DNA of 64,000 bases from an uncultured delta proteobacterium (lineage in GTDB: Bacteria; Desulfobacterota; Desulfobacteria; Desulfobacterales; Desulfosalsimonadaceae). Made by a program: the position numbers and the translations under genes. The notes beneath the pieces were generated by a model. That model saw only the letters and a program-made list of their open reading frames with translations, was not told the origin of the DNA and did no database searches. Location: the NCBI GenBank assembly GCA_963826785.1, contig CAWGYD010000008.1, positions 32,001 to 96,000 on the forward strand. Reading direction: 5' to 3'. Of the stretch, positions 20,035-31,160 are shown piece after piece. How positions within the stretch are numbered: the first letter of the stretch is position 1; each line of letters starts with the position of its first letter.

Positions 20035-23000
20035 TCAGAAAAGTTCGATAAAATTTCCGATCCAGTAGGGGCCGTCTTCAGGGGCGTTTACCCCTTTGGT
20101 AATCCGCTGGATGGGAGACGGGAATTTGATTTTTCCGCAGAACCAGTCCGGGTAGAGCAGATCGCCCAGCCAGGGGATCTTTATCACTTTGTCCCCGCAG
20201 GGAAAATCGATGATGTCCTTGCTGTAGTACCCGATTTCATCACCGCTGCCAAGCTGTCCGTCCCCGTTTTTGTCCAGAATAGCCACCAGGTAGGCCGTGC
20301 GCTCGAGCAGACCGCCTGCATCCACCCCCTTGATCAGGGGCTGGGGGGGGCGGTTGTTTTCGTAAACCACGATCTGTTCGTACAAAGCGGTCAGTATGGG
20401 AAGTTTGCGGGTGCACAGTGTGCAGGGTTTCTCTCCGATGCCGATATAGTCGTACGCCGTGGGCGAAAGGATGTCCGCGCCCAGGATGTAGTCCATATCG
20501 ATATTGAATTCGATTTTCCCCGCTGCAGATATGCCGATGGAGATGCCGTCCACATGGATGGCCAGAACAATCAATTGTGCCCGCTCCATATTGAACGATC
20601 CGGTGTGGCTCAAGTCCAGTGCATAGCTGATGGACGCATCGAAATCATAGAGCAGCTTGTTCACCTTGAATTCGTAATCCTCCGGGGGGACGATGTTCTT
20701 GCCGCAGGAAAGTTCAACCGTAAACTGATATGTCCGCTTGTTCACCATCAGCCCGAGCTTGTCTCCCCGGGTGGGCACGGGAAAGCCGCCGGAAGAATCC
20801 CTGTCCCACAGGGCGGCGATCATCACCTGATCCCCCGGCTTCAGGTCGGTATTGGACAGGTCGATATCGAAATAAACATCCATGGCCGGCATTTTGTAAA
20901 AATACTTCAGGGCGGAATACGGGTCTTCCAGAATATCTGCGGGATTGTCCGAGTCGAAGACGAAAATATACATGGGATAATCATCGGAATAATATTCCGA
21001 AAACATGGAAAAGGTCCCGGCGATGGAAATGTCGTATCCGGACGGCTTAGGGATGACGAAGGTAAAGGAAATGTCAATGCCGGTCAAAGACGTTCCGTCA
21101 TCGATGTAAACGAGCGATGAAAATTCACCGCCCCGGTCGTAGAATCCGATCTTATCGCCGGCGTCGATGCGGCCGTTCTGGTTGGCATCCAGCAGGGCGA
21201 TCAACTGGACGTTGTCCATGGGCACGTTTTTCCCGTAAGGAATGATATCGATGGTATAAGGGGCCGGACCCGGCGCCTTGGCCATGGAAGTGTAGCCGAT
21301 CACGGAATTTACGTCGATGGCGGAAAAATCGGAAGATGTGATTTCGCCGGCATACGCCACGACATACACGTCCCCTGCTTCCCCGCCCCGGATGTTTCCG
21401 GAAACCGAAGCATGATAGTCGAATACCTCCCGGGAAATATCGATTGCAAATCCGTAATTTTCACCGGAAGTCAATGTCAGTGCCGGTGAAATGGTGCCCT
21501 CATTAAAATAGATGCCTACAAAATCGCCCCGGGTGAGATTGGGAAGCCCGCCGGCAAAGTCGCGGTCCCACAAACCGATCACCATGACCTGATCTCCGGG
21601 AGCGATTCCGGCGGCGGCCAGATCGAAACAAAATTCAGTGGTGGACCTGGGCATTTTAGCAAAATACCGGATTGCGGAAAAAGGGTCTTCCATGACGGCC
21701 GCGGGATCGCTGCCGTCCAGCACGGCGATGTAAACCGGCGCCTGCTGCTGTGAGTAGTCACCGGGAATGCTGAAATGGCCGGTGATGGACAAGGGGATAT
21801 CCGACGGTTCGGATATGGTGAAGGTAAAGGCGATGTCGATATTGGTCAGGGAGGTGCCATCATCCAGGTAGACCAGGGATGAGAATTCTCCTCCGCGGTC
21901 GTAAAACCCGATCTTGTCGCCCCCGTCCGCGCGTCCGTTTTTGTTGGCATCCAGCAGGGCGATCACCTGCACCTTTTCCAGGGGCACGTCTTTGCCGTAG
22001 GGGAGGATGTCGATGGTGTAATTTGCCGGACCCGGTGACTTGGAAACAGCCGTATACCCCATGACGGCATTGATATCGATGGCGGAAAAATCCGATGATT
22101 CGATATCCCCGGCGTAAGCCACCACATACACATCCCCCTTGTCCTGGCCCATGATTTTCCCGGAGATGGCGGCCTGATAATCATACACTTGCCTGGAAAT
22201 ATCGATGGCAAATCCGGAATTGTCCCCGGAAGTAAGCGTCACCGCCGGGGTGATGCGCCCCTCCTGAAAATAAATGCCGATGAAATCGCCTGCCGTCAGG
22301 TTGGGCAGCCCGCCGGCAAAGTCGCGGTCCCACAGGCCGATGACCATGACCTGATCCCCCGGAACAATGCCGGCACCAGCCAGGTCGAATGAAAACCCGG
22401 TGGTGGTTTTGGGTATCCGGGCAAAATACCGGATGGCTGAAAATGGATCATCCAGGATGGTTTCGGGATCATTTCCATCGAGTACGGCAATGTAGACCGG
22501 CGCCTGCTGCTGTGCATAGTCACCCGGAATGGTAAAATACCCGGAAATGGATAAAGGGATATCCGATGGTTCGGATAGGGTAAAGGAAAATGCGATATCG
22601 ATGCCGGTCAGCGCAGTGCCGTCATCGATACGGACCAGCGATGAGAACTCACCGCCCCGGTCGTAAAATCCGATCTTGTCGCCCCCGTCCACCCGCCCGT
22701 TTTTATTGGCATCCAGCAGGGCGATCACCTGAACTTTTTCAATGGGCACATCTTTGCCGTAGGGAAGAATGTCGATGGTGTAATCCGCCGGCCCGGGCGC
22801 CTTGGAGATGGCCGTATACCCGATGACGGCATTGACATCGATGGCCGAAAAATCCGACGATTCGATATCCCCGGCGTAAGCCACCGCATAGACATCGCCC
22901 TTGTCCTCCCCCTGAATTTGTCCGGAAATAGTGGCATTATAGTCGAACACCTCCCGGGAAACGTCGATGACAAACCCGGAATTGTCCCCGGAAGTAAGCG

Positions 23001-24930
23001 TCACCGCCGGCGTGATCCGGCCCTCCTGAAAATATATGCCGATAAAATCGCCCACGGTGACATTGGGCATCCCGCCCGCAAAATCGCGGTCCCACAATCC
23101 GATCACCATGACGTTATCACCCGGGACAAACCCGAGGGCCGCCAGATCAAAGGAAAACTCGGTCGTCGTTTTTGGAATTTTGGAAAAGTAACGCACCGAA
23201 TTGAAGGGATTATCCAGTATGGCTTCGGGATCGTCCCCGTCCAGTACGGCGATAAATACCGGCGCTTTTTGCTCCGCATAGGTGCCGTCGATGGTAAAAT
23301 GGCCGGAAATGGACAAAGGGATATCCGAAGGATCGGAAACCGTAAAGGTCGGCTCCAGGTCAATTTCGGTCAGGGCGGTGCCGTCATCGATGAAGAGCAG
23401 GGTGGAAAATTCTTTCCCGGCGCTGTAAAACCCGATCCTGTCGCCGCCGTCGATGCGGGCATTTTTGTTGGCATCCAGCAGGACGATGACCTGCACATCC
23501 TTAATGGGAACATCTTTGCCATAGGGGAGAATATCGATTGCGTATGCCGCCGGTTCCGATGTCTTGGAGAGGGCGGTGTACCCGATGACGTCATTTACGT
23601 CGATGGCGGTGAAATCGGATGATTCGATTTCCCCCGCATAAGCCACCACGTAGACATCCCCCTTGCCGCTTCCGTAAATCTGCCCCGATATGGACGCCGT
23701 ATAATCAAACACTTCCCGGGTGATATCAATGGTCAAACCGGAGTTATCGCCTTGATTCAGCGTCACCGCAGGGGAAATCCGGCCTTCTTCAAAATAAATC
23801 CCGATCATGTCGCCGGGGGTGAGATTGGGCAGCCCCCCCGCAAAATCGCGGTCCCACAGACCGATCACCATGATTTCATCGCCGGGAGAAAGGCCGGCCG
23901 CACCCAGGTCAAACGAAAACTGGGTCGAGTTTTTGGCAATCCTTGAAAAGTACCGGATCGATCCGAAGGGATTTTCCAGAACGGCCTCCGGATTCTGCGC
24001 ATCAAACACGGCGATGTAGACCGGCGGCGCCTGATCATCATAGGATCCCGGGAGAGTGAAATTGCCGGACAGCAAGACCGCTGCTTCTGACGGATCGGAA
24101 ACCGTGAAGGAAAAAGAGATGTCAACGGCGGACAGTTCGGTATTGTCCTTAATCGTAAGCAGGGTGGAAGAGAAACCTTCCCGGGCGGAATAAAAACCGA
24201 TCTTGTCCCCGCCGTCGATCACCTGGTTGGCGTTGGCGTCCAGCAGGGCAAACACCTGCACGTTTTGAACCGGCACATTCATGCCGTAGGGGAGGATGTC
24301 GATGGTATACGGCGTCGAAGCGGCTTGTTTGGTGATATTCTGATAACCGATGACGGCATTGACATCCACGGCGGAAAAATCCGATGATGCAATGTCACCG
24401 GCATACGCCACCAGAATCACATCCCCGGTTTCCTCGCCCAGTATATTCCCGGAAACAGAAGCCGTATAGTCAAACACTTCCCGGGTGATATCGATATGAA
24501 ACCGGTCATCGATGCCTTCCTTGAGCAATACTGCCGGCGAGATCTTTCCGGGTTCGAAATAGACGCCGATAAAATCGCCGGGGTCCGGGAAAGGCACATC
24601 ATTGGTATAATTGTGATCCAGAAAGGCGATCAGGAAAATCTCGTCTCCGGGGGACAGGTTCTGACGGGACAGGTCCACCGTAAAGGAATTGTTTTCCCGG
24701 TCGGCCACGACATAAGCGAGGATCGCCTCCTTGGGACGGTTTTCCAGAATATCCCTGTCCAGGGTATTGGCAACGGCCACCAGCACCGGGGCATCGCTGT
24801 CAGCCAGACCCTCGGGAAGGCTGAACGTGCCGGTGAGGACCGGCCCGGTGTCTTTTGAATCGTCACCGCACCCGGCCATGCATGCCAGCAGGATCAAAAA
24901 CATCCAGATATGGAATTTACGGATATGCAT
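20035..24930 (-). CDS. Giant repeat lipoprotein (1631 aa; five 254-aa units plus a divergent sixth)
   Basis: Lipobox MAGC; recurring WDRDFAGG.PN.T.GD.IG.Y and LLDAN.NG..DGGDKIGFY motifs. Confidence 0.85.
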   Translation of the reverse strand: MHIRKFHIWMFLILLACMAGCGDDSKDTGPVLTGTFSLPEGLADSDAPVLVAVANTLDRDILENRPKEAILAYVVADRENNSFTVDLSRQNLSPGDEIFLIAFLDHNYTNDVPFPDPGDFIGVYFEPGKISPAVLLKEGIDDRFHIDITREVFDYTASVSGNILGEETGDVILVAYAGDIASSDFSAVDVNAVIGYQNITKQAASTPYTIDILPYGMNVPVQNVQVFALLDANANQVIDGGDKIGFYSAREGFSSTLLTIKDNTELSAVDISFSFTVSDPSEAAVLLSGNFTLPGSYDDQAPPVYIAVFDAQNPEAVLENPFGSIRYFSRIAKNSTQFSFDLGAAGLSPGDEIMVIGLWDRDFAGGLPNLTPGDMIGIYFEEGRISPAVTLNQGDNSGLTIDITREVFDYTASISGQIYGSGKGDVYVVAYAGEIESSDFTAIDVNDVIGYTALSKTSEPAAYAIDILPYGKDVPIKDVQVIVLLDANKNARIDGGDRIGFYSAGKEFSTLLFIDDGTALTEIDLEPTFTVSDPSDIPLSISGHFTIDGTYAEQKAPVFIAVLDGDDPEAILDNPFNSVRYFSKIPKTTTEFSFDLAALGFVPGDNVMVIGLWDRDFAGGMPNVTVGDFIGIYFQEGRITPAVTLTSGDNSGFVIDVSREVFDYNATISGQIQGEDKGDVYAVAYAGDIESSDFSAIDVNAVIGYTAISKAPGPADYTIDILPYGKDVPIEKVQVIALLDANKNGRVDGGDKIGFYDRGGEFSSLVRIDDGTALTGIDIAFSFTLSEPSDIPLSISGYFTIPGDYAQQQAPVYIAVLDGNDPETILDDPFSAIRYFARIPKTTTGFSFDLAGAGIVPGDQVMVIGLWDRDFAGGLPNLTAGDFIGIYFQEGRITPAVTLTSGDNSGFAIDISRQVYDYQAAISGKIMGQDKGDVYVVAYAGDIESSDFSAIDINAVMGYTAVSKSPGPANYTIDILPYGKDVPLEKVQVIALLDANKNGRADGGDKIGFYDRGGEFSSLVYLDDGTSLTNIDIAFTFTISEPSDIPLSITGHFSIPGDYSQQQAPVYIAVLDGSDPAAVMEDPFSAIRYFAKMPRSTTEFCFDLAAAGIAPGDQVMVIGLWDRDFAGGLPNLTRGDFVGIYFNEGTISPALTLTSGENYGFAIDISREVFDYHASVSGNIRGGEAGDVYVVAYAGEITSSDFSAIDVNSVIGYTSMAKAPGPAPYTIDIIPYGKNVPMDNVQLIALLDANQNGRIDAGDKIGFYDRGGEFSSLVYIDDGTSLTGIDISFTFVIPKPSGYDISIAGTFSMFSEYYSDDYPMYIFVFDSDNPADILEDPYSALKYFYKMPAMDVYFDIDLSNTDLKPGDQVMIAALWDRDSSGGFPVPTRGDKLGLMVNKRTYQFTVELSCGKNIVPPEDYEFKVNKLLYDFDASISYALDLSHTGSFNMERAQLIVLAIHVDGISIGISAAGKIEFNIDMDYILGADILSPTAYDYIGIGEKPCTLCTRKLPILTALYEQIVVYENNRPPQPLIKGVDAGGLLERTAYLVAILDKNGDGQLGSGDEIGYYSKDIIDFPCGDKVIKIPWLGDLLYPDWFCGKIKFPSPIQRITKGVNAPEDGPYWIGNFIELF
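21000..24100 (-). repeat. Intragenic tandem repeat, 762-bp period (boundaries approximate)
   Basis: TCGCGGTCCCACA recurs near 21560, 22322, 23084 and 23846. Confidence 0.85.
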
Positions 24931-26588
24931 ACCGCAGGTTCACCATCACGAAATCATTGTCCCGGAAATAGTAGAAAATGGAATCTTCCTCAAAATCGTC
25001 TTCTCCGCTGGCATTTATGCCGATGTAGGCCAGTTCCAGCTTGAAGCCGTTTTTAAAATCGTATTCGGCCCGGGGCCAGAAGATCATCCCTCCCCTTGCC
25101 GTCTCGAAGATGCCGGTGAGCGACAGATGAACCCGCTTGTCGAAATAATCATCCTGAAACCGGACGGTGGCAAAATCGGTGATCTGGGGCGGGTTGATGT
25201 CGTCATCAAGATACATGGCATCATACCACTCCACGGTGAAAAGGGTGTCGCCGGTGTGCCCGGGAATCCATTGATGCAGGGGCATGAAATAGTTGAATCC
25301 CACGGAATAGGATACAAATCCGGATTCCTTTGTATCGAATGGAAATTCCAGGAACTGGGGAAGGTCCGTATTCTGCCTGACAAACCCGGTCTTGTCGGGC
25401 GAATAGGCGGTTTCCGCCTGGAACACGAAATCATCGTAGTCCATGGAAAAATCCGCCCCCACAAAATCGGCCACGAAATACTCTGGGTTTACCAGCAGGG
25501 CAACCGGCTGATTGGGGATCAGCACCGTCTGGTAGGGGACCAGCACCGGATTGTTGTCCGGGCCGTGGTAGGCGGAAAAAGAGATGTCGATTCCCTGGAA
25601 GGTGGTGGAAACCCGTCCGGCATATCCGAAATTTCGTGCATCCGCATCCAGGGGTTCGGAATCGTCAAAGATGACCGGATACGACCCTTCCACGAATTTT
25701 ACCGACCAGTAATGGTTCGTGGCCGGCAGGGCCGCTGCGATATGAAGCGGGACGAATACGAGTTCGACGGTATAGTCATCGGAAAAAATCATTCCGGAAA
25801 CAGCCGGGACGCCCAGACGGACTTCGTCCTGGTCTTTAAACAGCAGTTCCCGCAGGTCCATCGGGTTGAGATATGATGTGGAATTTAGAAAATCGGCCGT
25901 GCCCCAGCCGAAGATCTGATTGCCGATGCGGATCCGGTAGTTTCCGGAAAGCCAGCTGTAATAGAGCTCCCGGGCCATCAGTTCGCTCGACTCGGTTGAC
26001 ACCCGAAGGTTGCGATAAAACTCGGTTTCTTCGGAATACGGGTAGTCCGCTCCAATATCCTCATTTATGAAGGTGGGGTAAAAATAGGCATCCATCACGG
26101 AAAAAAGGTAGCTCCGGGTGGTGCCATATTTGATTTCCAGGCCGGCGCTGATTTCGCTCTTCTGGTCCGCATCGACGAAATCCTGCTCCCGGTTGGTATT
26201 GATATAATTTTCGAATGCGGCATCCAGGCGCCATGTAAAGGCCGGGGTGTCACCCCCGAGATTTAATTCTTCCTCCAGGTCTGCATCCCAGTCCTCTTCG
26301 AATCCGCCCTCCCCTTCCGCGCCCCCCTCGGTGGACGAATCCTCTTCATCCAAATCCGATTCATCTTCCTCGAAGCCCGATTCATCTTCTGCGGAAGACA
26401 CTTCCTTCAACGTCTTCATCTTCTATGACGGAGTTTTCATCAGAAGATTCCGAAAAGACAATGACTTTCGAAGGGCCGACGGCAAACGCATGGGGCACCT
26501 GCATCTGATAAAAGCGGGGTCCCCACAGAAACAGGGCCAAAAAAACAAGGAGCTTTGCTCCCATGGCGTGTGGCAGGAAAATCCTCAT
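24917..26588 (-). CDS. Outer-membrane beta-barrel (DUF1302-like) with acidic N-terminus; one extra base near 26405
   Basis: RELYY...RIGNQIFGWGTAD...LNPMD pattern and aromatic C-terminal strand; hydrophobic signal-like segment lies in the adjacent frame (26382-26630). Start approximate. Confidence 0.7.
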
Positions 26589-26699
26589 CCGTCGCGCAAC
26601 TTGAATACAAAGCCCCTTTGAATTCTGCAAAAGCCGTTATTCCCGTGTTCGGTGTATCCCCTGTCTTTTGCGCCCCGGAGGGGACAGACAAGGGCTTTT

Positions 26700-27440
26700 C
26701 TATCTTAAGGCTTCCTTGTTGAATTTTGCGCTGTCAATCTCTGTGTTGTACTTCAATCCTTTCAGGATCAGTTCGGTATTGCCGGCCCCGTTGGCCAACT
26801 CCATTTTTACCTTATGCGGGGTTAAAATGCCATCAATTTCTTTGATATCATAGTTTTCCAAAAACTTATGAAACTGGCCGTCCTTGTAAAAATCGACCCG
26901 CACCACGAAATAATCAGGTTTGCGGACATAGAAGATGACCTTGTCATAAATTCTGTCGGCGGTCTTCTTCACCCCTTCCACCTTGTAACAGTCCGCGTCA
27001 ACGGCTTTTTCCTCCCCCAGCAGTTTATAGTCATAATCGTCGATATCCACCGAAGTCAGATCCTCGTAGTAGAAATGGGAATTGACAAATGGCTTGTCCC
27101 TGCCGGAGGATACGATCCGTTTGACCTTGCCCGAAGAGAGCATCAGCCACTGATCATCATCCGCGTTCTTGTGGGAGTGGGTCAGCAGTTTGATTTTGGT
27201 GGGGCGGATGAAGGAAATCAGCGCCTTGTCCTCGTCATTGTCAAACTGCTTCATCTGAACGATAAATTCCTTTTCCTCAGCGTTGCCGCCCTTGTGGATG
27301 ACCATCATGATCTTGGAAATCGCCGTCTGGGGTTCGGGCAGTGCATCGCTTTTCTCCATGATCTCCCGCCCGTTCATGGCAAGGGCCACATGCGCCGCCA
27401 GCATCATGGCCAACGTGATTCCCGCAATTCGCAATTTCAT
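26700..27440 (-). CDS. Outer-membrane lipoprotein-sorting (LolA-like) protein
   Basis: Signal peptide; DDDQWL...KVKRI...FVNSHFYYEDL motif. Confidence 0.85.
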   Translation of the reverse strand: MKLRIAGITLAMMLAAHVALAMNGREIMEKSDALPEPQTAISKIMMVIHKGGNAEEKEFIVQMKQFDNDEDKALISFIRPTKIKLLTHSHKNADDDQWLMLSSGKVKRIVSSGRDKPFVNSHFYYEDLTSVDIDDYDYKLLGEEKAVDADCYKVEGVKKTADRIYDKVIFYVRKPDYFVVRVDFYKDGQFHKFLENYDIKEIDGILTPHKVKMELANGAGNTELILKGLKYNTEIDSAKFNKEALR

Positions 27441-27496
27441 AAAGAAACCTCCTTTTTATAAGATGCGCGTGAAAATGATGATCGCTGCATCCGGTA

Positions 27497-30143
27497 TTAT
27501 TGAGGGGAACAGGCCGCTGGGATGCCGGTTTCGGGCACACAGACCGCGGCCGCTTTAACGAGTTTGACGCCGGTCAACTTAATGGCGGCCGGCAGGACCA
27601 GCAACGCGCCGATGGTGGTGGCCACCATGGTGATGGTCATGAGCAGACCGAACAGGATCAGGGGCTTGAACGTGGAAAATTCCATGACCGAAAAACCGAA
27701 TATCAGCGCCAGGGAAGTAAAGAGGATGGCCTTGCCGGCGACCTTGAGGGTATGGGCAATGGCCGTGTCCACATCTTCCCCCTGCATGCGAAACCACCTG
27801 AAGGTATTTAAAAAATGAATCGTGTCGTCCACGCCGATGCCGATGGTGATGGCCGCGATGATGGAAGTGGCGATATCCAGGCGAATACCGAACCATCCCA
27901 TGATACCGAAATTCAGCATCACGGCGACCGTCATGGGAATCAGCGAAAGCAGCGCTGAACGGATATCCCTCATCAGGATCAGCACCACCAGTCCGATCAC
28001 CACCAGCGTCAGCAGCAGGCTCTGAATCTGGCCATTCACGATATAGTCGACGCTTTTGATGACCATTGCGGGATGACCGGTGATTTTAAAATTATATCCT
28101 TCGGGGAGATTCTTCTCAAGATAGGAATTGATGGTCGTAAAGATTTCCTTAATGGCCCCGGTTCCCTAGAAGCTCCCCCTTGTTCTGTCCCAGACGGGTC
28201 AGGATGTTGCAGGTTCGAAACTGGGTGTCCACATAGGGCTCGAACCGGTCCACCCGGCCGTCGGAATCGAGGTCATCGTCGGAATAAATTTCGAGATAGT
28301 CCATCACCTCCGCATCCGTATCCGGTATTTTAAAATACTTTAAACGGTCATTGTTCATGGCCATATGCATGGTCTTGATGAAATCCGGGAACGCATCGGT
28401 CCGGCCGATGCACAGATTATTGTCGCATGTCTCCAGCCAGCACCGGATATCGGAAATCGTCCTTAAGAAATCGGCGGATTTGATGCCGTCCTTTCGGCCG
28501 GAATCCACCAGGATATCAAACCCCCATCGCCCGCCGAACTTGTCGCTGATAACTTCCGCGCTGGTGCGGATGGGATTGTCCTTTTTAAAATAATGCAGCA
28601 GTTCCGTCTCCACTTTAAGCTGCATCAACCCGGCCACCGACAGCCCCATTACCAACAATACCCCCACTACGACGGCTTTATAGTGATAAAGCGCCCCGCG
28701 GGTGAGCCACTCGATGGCCCGGTCGATCACGGGAGACTTCACCCCGGAGAGTTTGGTGTTTTTCTTCTTGCCCGAACTGTACGGCAGCAGTTCCAGCCCT
28801 GCCGGGATGAAGGATGCGGATATCAGCACCGCGAACACGACGCCCAGTGCCGAACAGATTCCCCATTCCCGGATTGCGGACAGCTGGTGCGTGCCCAGGG
28901 TCAGAAAGGCCACGAAAGTGGTCAATCCGGTGAGAAAGACCGTTGTGGAAATATGGGCCATGGAATGGGCAAGACCGGTGGCCGGGCCTTCCTCGACGAT
29001 CAGGTGATAATCGGCATAATACTGATTCATGATGTGGATGGCATAAGAGCTTCCCACCGCGATCATGAGCACGGGGATGGAGACGCCCACGGTGGTGATC
29101 TTGATGCCCAGGTATCCCATGAGTCCCAGAATCCATATCATGGCCATCAACAGGGTGGTAAAGGGCAGCAATACCCCCCTCAGGGTCCTGAAATTCAGGT
29201 AGAAAACAACGATCACCACCAGCATCACCAGCGGGATCAGTGCCGAGAGATCCCGCTGCATGTAGTTGTTGAGCCAGATGTAGATGATGGGCTCTCCCTG
29301 GGGAATGATGGTCAGCGATGACTTGTAGCTGTTTACGATGGACAGGATTTCCCGGGATATGGGATCGGAATTCGAAACATCGGCGAACCGGATGATGAAG
29401 GCGAAATCGGAAATTTCGCCCTGGGCATCGGTGGCATAGATCCCTTTTTCAAACACGGGGTTTCGCTTGAGACGTTCGGCAAACAACTGAAAATCGCCGG
29501 AGGTCTCCGGCAGCACGCGGCGTCCCGCCGGATCGGTTTCGATCAGTTGGACGGTGGTGAGCATATCATCCTCACCGGAGATGTCCTTAATGGTAAACGG
29601 GGATATGATTTCTTCGATCATTTCCCGGGACTTGAGTTCATCTGCGGCGATCAGCGCCTTTTCCAGCCGGGACCTTTTCCAGGTGCTCAACACCCCTTCC
29701 CCGGCCCCCGCCTGATCCATTTTCCGCGTCAGCAGCCGCTGGTAAGACGGATCTGATTCGAATGCGGCCAGCAGGGATTCACGGCTTGCTTCCGGATCGG
29801 CCAGAATTTTGAGCGCCTTTGTTGTTCGCGCTTTTTCCAGGTCGGCATGGTAATCCTGAAAGGCTTCCAGATCGGTCAGCAGGTTATCCACCTGCTTGAA
29901 CGTGGCCGGCTGAAACAGATTTTCATGGGTGATGTCCAGGATGACGAAAGCGCTGTTGTCCCCGTAAATCTCTTTGATTTTGTTGTAGTACAGGTATTCC
30001 GGATCCGACTGGGGAAGAAACGTGGCCACCGAGGTGTCAAACTGCAGCTTGAATATGCCCAGCCCGAGAATGATGGTAATGATCACACAGGCGGCCAGCA
30101 CCGACTTTGGCCATTTCAGCACGAATTCGATATAGCGTTTCAT
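27497..30143 (-). CDS. MMPL/RND family transporter; one extra base near 28165
   Basis: Two TM blocks with AVGSSYAIH and GIGVDDTIHF; the frames join as ...GELLG/TGAIKEIF...GHPAMVIKS. Confidence 0.88.
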
Positions 30144-30295
30144 TGGTTTCTGTTGCTCCCCCCTCATGCATGACTATTCAACTGGAATGCGGCCGGATGT
30201 AACCAAAAGATAGGCCCCATCAATCATGAAAGTCAAATGGATGCGATCCCCTTACAATCTGAATTACCAAATAAATCAATATGAAAGCAATGCAT

Positions 30296-30362
30296 GCCTC
30301 CACTGACTGACTCATCAGTCAGTGGAGGCTTCAATATGGCACGCCTTTTGTCGGAATTGCAA
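30296..30362 (-). promoter_or_regulatory. Sigma70-like promoter with 15-bp perfect inverted repeat (candidate operator)
   Basis: GCCTCCACTGACTGA-CTCA-TCAGTCAGTGGAGGC; minus strand TTGCAA-18 nt-CATATT directly upstream. Confidence 0.6.
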
Positions 30363-30892
30363 GAGAAAAAACGAAGAGAAATATCTTCTGGTGATTTATA
30401 AGGGAGGGGGATCTTGCCAAAATCAGACGAAAAGAGGGAAGGACATCTGAGATTTACTCAAATGAAGAGAGATGAGATTCATTTCTGAGGCCGCCATTCA
30501 CAAGGATTAAGAGCAGATGGCAGGCCTTGATGAATAAAGGGGTCCTGTGTGCAGTCTATCGGTACATTGAAGGGTATCGATTTTTGTAAGAATGTATAAT
30601 TTTGTGCATCGATCTGTACGATATAAAGCATCATCATTTTATATACATTGGGGATCAGCTTCTAATTGTTTTATTTAATTGTTCAATTTCGGTTTTTCGG
30701 TGAAAACTCAAATGAAGTTCTTCCCCAAATCATTAAAGGATGCAAAGCTTTAAATTTTGCCAGGCCCGATAAAGGGAAAATTTTTTGCATTCGCTGGCTC
30801 CGAATCATTGGTTATCATATCCTCATTATTTTAGAATACTTAATAATATGACAATGCAAATATCCCGATTTAATTTTGACGATTATGAATGA

Positions 30893-30910
30893 TTGGAACA
30901 TGGATTGCAT
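30893..30910 (+). promoter_or_regulatory. Sigma54 (-24/-12) promoter candidate
   Basis: TTGGAACATGGATTGCAT has GG-N10-GC spacing and lies about 100 nt upstream of the riboswitch. Confidence 0.55.
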
Positions 30911-31010
30911 TCCACAGTAGAAATTGCGGCACTCATGACAAGAATTAAACGATCGGATGGGATATTAATTAGATTGAACGCTTGTATATGTAAGTAAATC
31001 AAAAACCGCT

Positions 31011-31095
31011 TGATAAAGGCAAATCACCTGAAATGGTGATGCGCAAAGGAACCGGCCTAAGTCCCTGAAAGGGATATGGCGGCGGACCTGCCTGG
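31011..31095 (+). ncRNA. Cyclic di-GMP-I (GEMM) riboswitch
   Basis: GGCAAA, TCACC-tGAAAt-GGTGA, GCGCAAAG, and CCTAAG...TATGG tetraloop receptor, in the 5' UTR of a secreted protein. Confidence 0.85.
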
Positions 31096-31160
31096 CGGAT
31101 TCAGCACCTCCTAAGGTGTTGTTTCCTGCACGGCTGGAATAAACACATTAGGAGGTATAA

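Noticed and set aside
27497..30167. Programmed frameshifting or phase variation in MMPL and other split genes
   Set aside because: No shared slippery motif or long homopolymer at the shift sites; the uniform sign fits sequencing error.
30336..30352. Sigma54-like TGGCAC-N5-TTGT on the plus strand
   Set aside because: The -12 GC is missing, no gene follows closely, and it lies in the spacer of a plausible minus-strand sigma70 promoter.
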